From: Tubiluchus corallicola
Lineage: Eukaryota > Animalia > Priapulida
Direction: 5' to 3'
DNA: 64,000 nucleotides
Assembly (NCBI GenBank): GCA_030141605.1
Contig: JAQGDQ010000118.1
Span: 529,174-593,173, forward strand
Below are positions 39,797 to 51,500 of this stretch, one piece after another; positions within the stretch are counted from its first letter, which is position 1; each line of letters starts with the position of its first letter. The notes beneath the pieces were generated by a model. It saw only the letters and a list, made by a program, of their open reading frames with translations, had not been told where the DNA came from and did no database searches. The position numbers and the translations under genes are program-made.

Positions 39797-40248
39797 TGTT
39801 ACTATTATTATTTTTATTATCATCATCATTATAATTGTCATCATTATCGTCATCATCATCATCATGTTTATTATCATTATTATTAATTGGCGTGTGGTAA
39901 ACTTGATTTAACTTTGTACAAATAAAAATGGCAAGCCACAAATGAAATTTAGATTTTACAAAATGAAGCAACGTTGTAATATTCACGCTTAAATCTCGTG
40001 CCCTGGGATTGAGCAATTTTCAAAAAGGTTGTTTAAGCCGCATATTGATTTATTAGCGTACAGACCTATAACCTACTCATCCCAAGCACTGGATTTCAGT
40101 ATTAGGTAATTAAGAAAGCTGCTTATTCGGAGTGACGTCAGTGTTCAGTGTCAAGTAGCATGCGGTATAACTAAACCTGTATACTTACACCTTTGATTCC
40201 AGGTGCAGAATATGGAGGTGGTGTTTGTCCAACTTGCTCCTCAGACAT
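37149..40248 (-). CDS. CD225/dispanin-family (IFITM/PRRT1-like) membrane protein, 3 coding exons, about 167 aa
   Basis: Exons 40248-40189, 38389-38213 and 37415-37149; all introns GT-AG, phase 0. Product MSEEQVGQTPPPYSAPGIKG-YPIQSGPGGYQAYQTQPTGATVIVLGERSGAPNNLTLAVISCICCFWPAGIVAVYYAIK-VDQFNAEGRLEEAWAASKKSKLWSGISLGLAITLFIILCICL... shows the CD225 pattern P-N-x-L..CC.WP.GIVA..Y...G..E.A..AS+K.K.W with two hydrophobic segments. Confidence 0.9.
39296..39450 (+). mobile_element. Degenerate tRNA-derived SINE (Meta-domain-like core) in CD225 intron 1
   Basis: A-box-like GGCATAGTTTAGTGGTAACGC and B-box-like GAGCTCGATGC, followed by TACTAAAGCGTTTAAAAATAATACTTGTTGTTTCTCTGCCTG, which resembles the MetaSINE core. 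Confidence 0.5.
39597..39885. repeat. Compound (ATT/GTT/ATC)n microsatellite
   Basis: Trinucleotide runs. Confidence 0.97.
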
Positions 40249-41184
40249 TTTTGAAAATTGTTCCTCCAAGGTAAAGCGGTGTTGTTTTCAATTAAACGAG
40301 TTAATTTAATTTGTTAGAACATTGCAGTAATAACCGCCTGTCAATTGAATTAGGAAACTGACGCCCTTGTAAGTTTGAGTGAATTTTGTGATCTGGGTTC
40401 CATTTTCCAGCAACATCTAAGATGATTCTATTACAAAAAAGTTTATAGCACAAACAATAGCAATTGGAATGTAACCTAATAATCTTAACCTTAGAAAAAC
40501 TACTAAAAGCGAGTTCTTAAAGTGACGTCACAATCTGAAAACTGATTTCTAATTTGAAGTTTTAAAATTAATTTTTGTTATGTTACTATGGCGCATCCAG
40601 ACTAGCGAGTTTTACCGCTAAGTTATTCGCAACTTGTTTAGATTGGAGAGCAAAAGCTGATGCGAGTTACTGTCTGACACTCTCTTGTCTATTCACTGCG
40701 AGAAATATCGAGAGTAACTCACCGAGACGTTCACACTGGGTAGTAAATTAACTCGCAGCAGCTGCTGCTGAGTTAACAATAATTTGCCCACTGTTTCACA
40801 CGAAGCAGTTCATACTTGCGACTTTGCTGTCAGAGAGAAAACTTGCAACAGAATTGAATTGAATTGAATTTATTGCTAACAGGGATAAAGCATAATAATA
40901 ATAGATCACATACAAACTTATAAAAAGTTTTTCCAAATTATAAAACAATATCGGCAACGAAGAGTATATTTTTCTATATAATTATATATAATTTTTATAT
41001 ATTTACGGTTATATAATTATTCATTTTTATTTATGTAAACTGACTATAATATGGCTTCGCAATTACAAATTTAAAACGTTAAGCTAATTGTTAAAAAAAG
41101 TAACATAACCCACAAGTGCATAGAGACTTCTTGCAAACTTGCTATCATAAATTTGTATACCTAAATTACTGCTGTAACATTTAA

Positions 41185-41705
41185 ATGAAGACCGGATGAT
41201 TGTTTAGACTCAATCTCATTTTAATTTACTGTGCAGAATATACATGTTCTTGCCTATAAAAGTTAACAATTATTCCTCATATCTGAATAATTAGCTTAGT
41301 AAGTTATTTAGCGACCGAACACAGCTATTGCTTACGTCAGAAACTAACCACAGTTTGTGAAATGGCAGGCATCTTCCCTTGTACGTCAAAGACATTTGCA
41401 CGTTACAGTACTGAGTAAACGCGCGATGTCACGAAAAGGGGTGTACATCATATGACGTCAGAAACTAACACAGCAGTTCATGATCATGATCTATTTCTCA
41501 GCCACACGAATGTGACAAAAAGGTGCTGCTGCCAATCTTAGTAGATTCACTGAGCCGCGCGTAGCTTTGAAAGTTTAACAACATTTGAGTATCCGAGGTA
41601 ATTATTATTTAATTTAAATTTTGGTTTAAAAAAGCTATTGTAGTTTTCAATATTTAGAGCATTCTTTATTCTGAGCTAATGTTTACACAATCATTCGGTT
41701 TTCCT
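41185..41705 (+). mobile_element. Kolobok-like MITE, copy 2
   Basis: TTAA left flank; ends ...GACCGGATGATTGT and ACAATCATTCGGTTTTCCT; homologous interior. Confidence 0.82.
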
Positions 41706-42538
41706 ATAAGCCCAAACTCATGTCTATAACATTAAACATTAAATATAACATGTTTATAACATTAAGATTAATGGTCCTAATTGAATAGATAAGTAAATAT
41801 AAAAAATAACTTAATGAATGTTATTAAAGTGTGAATATAAGTGAATGGTACAAACGGTAACGCGAGTGACTAAACTATCGTAATAGTCCTGAATAAGTTC
41901 GGACTGAACCGTTAACAATTTGACATTCGCCTTCTCTCAAAAGTTTTGTTAATATTAATCCGTGAATGCATTATTCTATTAAATCTAAAGAGCTCACACA
42001 TGGAGTTCAACTTTGGAATACCCTGCCATCAAATTTAAAACAAATCAAGTCTTTCGACGAATTCGAATCAAAATTAAAATTATATACATTGAAAGCCCTA
42101 CATACGTAAACGATAATATATATTCATCCGCAAATTTTATTTACCCACGTCCATGTATGTATATATAGTATATAGTCTATTATAATTTTCGTGTAACATT
42201 ATAATGTATATTTTGTTTTAAATTTTTGGTACAGTAGTTTTTAGTTTGCACTGGACGCATTTGCCTTTAACAGTTGCGTGAAATTTATTCTCATGCTGCG
42301 ATGTTCTTTTATGCTTTTAAAGTTATGAATATCGATTTCTTATGGCAAATAAAGATTATTATATATTATATGTGTGTGTGCGTGCGTGCGTGTGCGTATG
42401 AAAAATTTCGTACAGCTTTGTTTTGTTCACGTTTGGGGGATGTAAATACTATGATTCTTATGCATAAATCCTCGCTAGGGTGATGGAGTTAAGTGATGTG
42501 TACATTCAGTTTTACAAAAAATGACAAACTGAATAAAC

Positions 42539-45500
42539 TTAGCCAATGTATCTACGCGTATATTGTTGATTGGGTCTAACAGAATTACCATGTCTGCCGC
42601 CCTGTATTTTTTGCTCGATATTATACACTTTATCTTTGAGCCAAGCTAAAATTTTTTCTGTATTTTTTTCTGTTAGGTACGTCTTATCTTTGAGCCAGGC
42701 TAAATTTTTTTCTGTTAGGTACGTCTTATCTTTGAGCCAGGCTAAATTTTTTTCGGTTAGGTACGTCTTGGCATTAAGATAGTCAAATCTATCATCGGTA
42801 AAATCATTGTTAAATATGACATAATAGCACAAGTCCAACAAAAACTGTACTTGTTCCTGTGTCAGAGGTGTTTCCAAGCACATGTCTTCCCTAACATATG
42901 GACAGGTGCTTTCTTCGCGAACCGGATTGCCTTGGAAGTCAATATAATTGGGGTCGTCTATCCAACTTATCAAATCGCCGTTAATATGCTGACAAGTTTC
43001 TTTTATTTCACCTGAAAATTAATAAACACGTAATGTAACAGGATTAGCACATAGATGGCAGCACCTAATTACAATCTACAATTCCAACTTCCACACACTT
43101 AATTAATAAATCCGTTAAGTTTTTTTGGCTGTTGTAATGATGCAGCATGGATGTATTATTAATTCCCATGAAAGTAGCAAACTTTATTACAAATTCTCAA
43201 GAAACGAATCATCTTACAAAGGTGATTCTTTCGCTAAGAAGTCCAAGTGCAATGTAGACAATACGTGGAATGTGCGCGCATCATTGACGTTTTATAGGTG
43301 GGTAACACAATTAATATTACTGGAGCGTTTCTGATAATTAAATAATAGATAAAAAACTAAATTAACGGCGGGCGAGCTCAACTATTAATGACATCACAAA
43401 CTAACATAATTTTCAACAGCAGCGTGTTGCACATGTTTGCAAACGTGAAAATTGAAGTACAGTGCAATAGTAAGATATTCAGTGTGTTGTACTAAAACTA
43501 GACACGTTTTAAGATAAAAATTCAAATTTCAAACTTACTGATGTGCTCGTGTATGAGCTGTCCAACGTGCGCATTTCGTCACAAACTTACACATCTGGAC
43601 TGAGAGGTATAGCATTTGTTTTTGTGCAATGCGTTTCCGAAATACAGGCACTAGTACTAGCACCGTCTAACTAGCGAATGGTGAAATGCAAGTAACAACG
43701 AAGAATTAGTGGCACGATCGTGAAATTGTGTTTGTGTGGTAATAATTCTATCACGTAAGTCATTTTTGAAAAAAATAGTATGTATTCTTTCAAAATTTTA
43801 AAGAATAGAATGTTTTGACCTACAGTTTAAGATTGTGTCCGGTTTTGCTTTAAGTCATTGAACAATCTATTGTGATGTCACAATGCTAGAACAATATTCT
43901 AATCCACACCAGCAACACCATACACCAAAACAACAGCAGCGGCGAAAACAATCTACACAATTCAGAAACAACGCAAAATGATGCTAGAAAAATCCGTCCA
44001 CTGATGATTAATAATGCGCAAGCGTTCAACATATTCTTTGTTCACTGCTCCCGAATTGACGGCGACAAGTTAACTGTTAACAAATTACAGAGTTACTTTT
44101 ACGGTTGTCATGGAATTAAAATTTTCATGATAAGTTTAGTGGGGTCTGCTCATTGTTTTCTAATAAACAAGAAGTGTTTTGTAATACGTGAACAACAATG
44201 AGAACGGAACCGGTATCATGTTAAAAAAAGGTCTGTTTATGGGAGCTACATCGCAAGCAAGTGACCGTAAAATAATTTTACTGCTTATTTTCAACTCCCT
44301 CACTGAACTACAGTCAATAATGCACGCATTTTCCACGTAGTGCGAGCCAACACTTATTTAAGGTCCCTTCACTGTATTATTCAGCCTAGAGTTTTCCAGA
44401 TTTCTGAATTTTGCTTGCCAGTGACACAATTTTTGGTTGCCATGAATGACTGACTTTGAACATTTCCTATGGGAAAATTCCCTCATAAGACTTCAGCCTT
44501 TTTTTGCAAACAGCATAGGTTTTAAAATTTACACATCTTAAAATTAAATAAAGGAATTGAATAGATAAATTAGTTTAATAAAATGAAATTAACGTAGAAT
44601 TAATTTAATAAATTAATAAAGGTAATGTTAAGAGTTAATGTAATTTTAAAGCAAGAGAGAACTCTCTTAGACTTGTCATCTTTAAAGAAAGACTATAATA
44701 GACATTCAACGTTTTTATTCATAATATTTATTTTTCTATTTTTATTAGCTTCATGACAATATCAATCATAAAATATTCATTTTTCGATTTTTCCTAGCAA
44801 AAATGAGTAAAAAGAAGTAAAATGTTTCTAGTTTGCTAAGTTAAATTTATATATAAATTCTTGGTTCTATGGCATTTTAAAAGGACATACTTCTCAGTGT
44901 CCACTCAATCTAAATTCGGCTGTATTTGAATATTTGCAGTTAAAATTTATTATGAGTTCTTCATTATTGTACAATTATTCGTGATTAAGAAACATCATGT
45001 TATTTATTATACATGTTATACTTAGGCTTGTGTTCAAAGTAATCATCTTGATTGATACACGTGTATGAGACTTACCTATTTCTGCTGCTGTAGAAAAACC
45101 TGTGGACATGGTAACGTCTGTAACCATGCCAACAAATCCTCGTGGATTAGTACTTAACTCACAAGTATCTTCACCCATATTCACACCCTTCAGATTTTTC
45201 CCAAAAACAGCGCACCCGCCGCCTGGAATTTCGTCCTTTCCAGCATTTTCAAACTCTGCAAAAATCATAAGGATTAAACGTAGTTATTATAGAGTTTTTG
45301 TTCTGCCACATTAAACTGTGAAACAATGTGTTCGTTTCCTGACGTTGTTCTTGCCGTTGCTGTCGAATGACGGCAAAGGAGATCACAGCCCAAAACTCAC
45401 AACAAATAACACCTAAAGTAATCGCTGAAATCTTAGGTTGTTTGTTCTTGCTTTTGAAGCTCTTCCTACTGCTAATGGTACAGATTTTTCATTAGTGTTT

Positions 45501-48500
45501 TTAGGCTCATTGCTGCTGCTGCTGCTGCTGCTGCTGCTATGACAGCTGTTGGGGTTGTTGCTATTACTGTCGTTATTGTCGTCATTACCAACGCCACCGT
45601 TATTATGCAAATTAAGTATGAAAATTATTTTCGGTCAATTGTCACTGCACACTAGTAAATACTTTGAACCAAGCAGATTTCAGTCCACGAATCCACGATT
45701 GCAAAATCTCCTGTTTGGTTTTTATTTCCGAATCAATAATTCTTCACTAATACAATAGTCATAATTAAAATTAGCAGACCAGTTCTACCATTGCATGATA
45801 CCATTGCATACCAGACTTGATAGAACTGTCTGTTGAAGCTTGCAGGTGTTAGCACAACAAGAAAAACAAAGAAAAACGATCATTTTTAAAGTTGGTTGAA
45901 CTTTCACCTGACGTAATTTATGTCAAATTTTTTAGCTCTTCATTAAACAAAATTATAAATTTAGGCAATAAAGAATAAGTACGCTGACTCTATGACTTAA
46001 AGTATTTACTCGAAATTTACCTCCAGAATCTGATTTATCATCAAGATATACAGCAAATTCTCCTGTCCCGCTTTCCCACGTCACGCATAGGCAGTGCCAC
46101 ATTCCGTCATCTTCAAACATTAAACTGAAAGAAACCCATTTTGGCACAGGCGTTATATTATAAGAAACAGACAGAAACGGACAAGCGATGTGCTGCCTGC
46201 CAGTGTGATGCTGAATCACAAGACGTGTCACATACAGATTACTCAATTGTCTGCCAATTGCCCTTCTTCTACCAACAAGCCACAAGGAGTTTTGTAATTT
46301 TCAGTCATGATTAAGAAAAGAAAAAACAAAAGTAGAATTTTGGTACCAAAACGAGTTTGACATAGTCTATTCTTAATTTTTGCTATTAGTCTTCTAGTTT
46401 ATACGGATTTTTTTATATTATAGGATTATTATTGTTAGTGCTGTTCGTTCACCGTAAAGTTTTTTCTTGTAACATTAAAGTTTTTTATGGATTACTTTGC
46501 CTAACCGCGTCAATTTGTAAATGCCCCACTAATATGATATTTTAATTTTATTAACACCAAGCAACAACACAATATTGCAAAATACATTACGATAACATAC
46601 TATACATAGTGTTATGAATAAATTTAGAAATACGAATTTTGGCGAATAATTGATTGAGTTATCAGATGAATTAGATTCAGATGATAAACTCAAGCCTCCC
46701 TGATTTTGTTAAGTAAATTTATACGGTTGAACAAGAAACTCCTCCAGCTGGCAGCTCGAGTTTAATGAGTTAGAATTGTCACACGATTTGTAGAACGTGC
46801 AGGTGTAGTGTTCGAGAAAGACACTATTGTTTAACTAGAATACATGCAGAGTAAAGAGATAATTAGGAGAAGGTCTAGAGCAATTAAGTTGTCGCGTGCG
46901 AATAAGTTAATGAAGAGAGCCAAGGTCTAGTATCAGTGCTCATAGGACATTAGAAGGAAATCAAAAATTATACCAACCAGATGGTATAGTAGTCTCAAAA
47001 GCGACAGAATTTAAGAAACTCATTACTGGTTGTAAAATCAGGAGTGAAAGAAACGTCGCTGTCCAGGAGGTAACAGATGTTGCCAGATGGTGCAATACCG
47101 CGAAGGTCAACTCTCAGAAATATAAGCTCTGGTAAGATACTCCAGAATCACACATGACGGGGTGACGTAGGTGAGCGTCACACACCACGAGAGAGGAAGG
47201 GAGTCTGACAGTGGTTTGCTACCATACCGTGTTTCCATGACATCTTCTGCAAGAGGAAGCAACGTTTGCCCAGCGTAGAGAGGAATCTGCGTACTTAGCA
47301 ATTGACTGAGCACTGGTGCTACGTAGTCTCGAAATCAATCAGGGATTTGACCAATTGTAGGGGTACATTGGTCAATCCACAAGTTAAGTCTTTCAACTTA
47401 TATATTTTGTATCAGTATCTGAATAGCTGTAAACGTTACGTTGTATTAAGCACCTTCAGTGAAGCATATCGAAATTGTTAGTCATTAAGTGAATAGCATC
47501 TTCTGTGGAGCTAGACATTAGTTGTAAGCGCCCACCGGCGTATAAGACCAAATCTTGTAGTGAAGTCAGAGTTGATGAAATTGTAACTGTAAGTTCAATA
47601 AAGTCTGTTCACTGTAGTAACGCAGACATTGAGTTTGTGAAAGATTAAAAGCGTTAACGGTAACTGACATTTGCATCACTAAATCCTAGATACGAACTTG
47701 AGGAGATTCGCAGTGCACTTAAAAGCTCAATTGCGGGAGCAAAGCTTGTAAACTTGAGGGATAAAGGCCTCACTCACAACGCAAGGTCAAAGTGAAAGTT
47801 GTGTAGGACAAGATCATTGCCTTAGCGACTTAACTAAAGCCCTCGAAGTCGGGTAATCGATATCCGATCAATTACCTAAAAGCAATCGATAAGCGAATCT
47901 ATAAAATCTAATATATCAATCAAATCAATTAATTCAAGATCACTCGATACGGCAAAATAACATAACATAACATAACATAACATAACATAACATAACATAA
48001 CATAACATAACATAACATAACATAACATAACATAACATAACATAACATAGCATAACATAACATAACATAACATAACATAACATAACATAACATAACATAA
48101 CATAACATAACATAACATAACATAACATAACATAACATAACATAACATAACATAACATAACATAACATAACATTCTGAAATAGCGCCTATACAGCTTGTA
48201 AGAAAGTTTGTTTTACTATGTACTTCAATGGTAAATACAAATTAAAGAAGAAAAAAAACTTTCGCCAAAATGAAGCAAGAAGTTATTGTCAAATAATTCG
48301 GCAACTAAAAGCAGAAGTACAAATGAATTTTTAATTACATTCGGATAAAACGAAGTATGTTAGATTTTTGGACACATTTTCGCCTCTAATGCAAAAATAA
48401 TAGCTTTCAAAAAGAGTAGGCTTTCAAGGCGTCGTAAAGACGCCTCAGGTTAGGTCAGCCGCATCAGTACGAATGACAAAAAGTATCAATAATGATTTTA

Positions 48501-51500
48501 TCCTGCTATAGAATTCAATGCAGATTCGTTATTTGGTTGCTAAGATGCCCTATAAGGCAACGCGCGCCACCTTAACTTTGCTAAATTTTACAACAATGCA
48601 CCCCACCGTAACTTTGCTAAATTTTACAACAATGCACGCCACCGTAACTTTACTAAATTTTACAACAACGCGCGCCACCTTAACTTTGCTAAATTTTACA
48701 ACAATGCGCGCCACCGTAACTTTACTAAATTTTACAACAATGCACCCCATCGTAACTTTGCTAAATTTTACAGCAATGCACGCCACCGTAACTTTGCTAA
48801 ATTTTACAGCAATGCACACCACCGTAACTTTGCTAAATTTTACAGCAATGCGCGCCACCGTAACTTTGCTAAATTTTACAGCAATGCGCACCACCGTAAC
48901 TTTGCTAAATTTTACAACAATGCGCCCCATCGTAACTTTGCTAAATTTTACTGCAATGCACGCCATCGTAACTTTACTAAATTTTACAACAATGCGCGCC
49001 ACCGTAACCCTGCTAAATTTTACTGCAATGCACGCCACTGTAACTTTGCTAAATTTTACAACAATGCGCGCCACCGAAACTTTGCTAAATTTTACAGCAA
49101 TGCGCACCACCGTAACTTTGCTAAATTTTACAACAATGCGCCCCATCGTAACTTTGCTAAATTTTACAACAATGCACCCCATCGTAACTTTGCTAAATTT
49201 TACAACAATGCACGCCACTGTAACTTTGCTAAATTTTACAACAATGCACCCCATCGTAACTTTGCTAAATTTTACAGCAATGCGCACCACCGTAACTTTG
49301 CTAAATTTTACAGCAATGCGCACCACCGTAACTTTGCTAAATTTGACAGCAATGCGCACCACCGTAACTTTGCTAAATTTTACAACAATGCGCCCCATCG
49401 TAACTTTGCTAAATTTTACTGCAATGCACGCCATCGTAACTTTACTAAATTTTACAACAATGCGCGCCACCGTAACCCTGCTAAATTTTACTGCAATGCA
49501 CGCCACTGTAACTTTGCTAAATTTTACAACAATGCACCCCATCGTAACTTTGCTAAATTTTACAGCAATGCACGCCACTGTAACTTTGCTAAATTTTACA
49601 ACAATGTGCGCCACCGTAACCCTGCTAAATTTTACAACAATGCACCCCATCGTAACTTTGCTAAATTTTACAATAATGCGCACCATCGTAACTTTGCTAA
49701 ATTTTACAGCAATGCGCACCACCGTAACTTTGCTAAATTTTACAACAATGCGCGCCACCGTAACTTTGCTAAATTTTACAACAATGCGCACCACCGTAAC
49801 TTTGCTAAATTTTACAACAATGCACCCCATCGTAACTTTGCTAAATTTTACAACAATGCACGCCACCATAACTTTGGTAAATTTTACAGCAATGCGCACC
49901 ACCGTAACTTTGCTAAATTTTACAACAATGCACGCCACCGTAACTTTGCTAAATTTTACAACAATGCGCACCACCGTAACTTTACTAAATTTTACAACAA
50001 TGCACGCCATCGTAACTTTGCTAAATTTTACAACAATGCGCACCATCGTAACTTTGCTAAATTTTACTGCAATGCACCCCACCGTAACTTTACTAAATTT
50101 TACAACAATGCACATCATCGTAACTTTGCTAAATTTTACAACAATGCACCCCATCGTAACACTGCTAAATTTTACAGCAATGCACGCCATCGTAACTTTA
50201 CTAAATTTTACAGCAATGCACTCCACCGTAACTTTGCTAAATTTTACAACAATGCGCGCCACCGTAACTTTACTAAATTTTACAACAATGCACCCCATCG
50301 TAACTTTGCTAAATTTTACAACAATGCACCCCATCGTAACTTTGCTAAATTTTACCGCAATGCGCACCACCGTAACTTTACTAAATTTTACAGCAATGCA
50401 CGCCACCGTAACTTTACTAAATTTTACAACAATGCACCCCATCGTAACTTTGCGAAATTTTACAGCAATGCACCCCATCGTAACTTTGCTAAATTTTACA
50501 ACAATGCACCCCATCGTAACTTTGCTAAATTTTACAACAATGCACCCCATCGTAACTTTGCTAAATTTTACAACAATGCACCCCATCGTAACTTTGCTAA
50601 ATTTTACAACAATGCACCCCATCGTAACTTTGCTAAATTTTACAACAATGCACCCCATCGTAACTTTACTAAATTTTACTGCAATGCACGCCACCGTAAC
50701 TTTACTAAATTTTACAACAATGCACCCCATCGTAACTTTGCTAAATTTTACAACAATGCGCGCCACCGTAACTTTGCTAAATTTTACAACAATGCGCACC
50801 ACCGTAACTTTGCTAAATTTTACAACAATGCACCCCATCGTAACTTTGCTAAATTTTACAACAATGCACGCCACCATAACTTTGGTAAATTTTACAGCAA
50901 TGCGCGCCACCGTAACTTTGCTAAATTTTACAACAATGCACGCCACCGTAACTTTGCTAAATTTTACAACAATGCGCACCACCGTAACTTTACTAAATTT
51001 TACAACAATGCACGCCATCGTAACTTTGCTAAATTTTACAACACTGCGCACCATCGTAACTTTGCTAAATTTTACTGCAATGCACCCCACCGTAACTTTA
51101 CTAAATTTTACAACAATGCACATCATCGTAACTTTGCTAAATTTTACAACAATGCACCCCATCGTAACACTGCTAAATTTTACAGCAATGCACGCCATCG
51201 TAACTTTACTAAATTTTACAGCAATGCACTCCACCGTAACTTTGCTAAATTTTACAACAATGCGCGCCACCGTAACTTTACTAAATTTTACAACAATGCA
51301 CCCCATCGTAACTTTGCTAAATTTTACAACAATGCACCCCATCGTAACTTTGCTAAATTTTACCGCAATGCGCACCACCGTAACTTTACTAAATTTTACA
51401 GCAATGCACGCCACCGTAACTTTACTAAATTTTACAACAATGCACCCCATCGTAACTTTGCTAAATTTTACAGCAATGCACCCCATCGTAACTTTGCTAA

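Noticed and set aside
39282-40016. Poly-N/Y/I ORFs (also 36409-36645, MLCYV repeats at 47876-48173, VC repeats at 57720-57973)
   Set aside because: Microsatellite translations.
45413-45758. Ser/Asn-rich and Leu-rich ORFs
   Set aside because: (GCT)n/(GTT)n low-complexity sequence within pentraxin intron 5.
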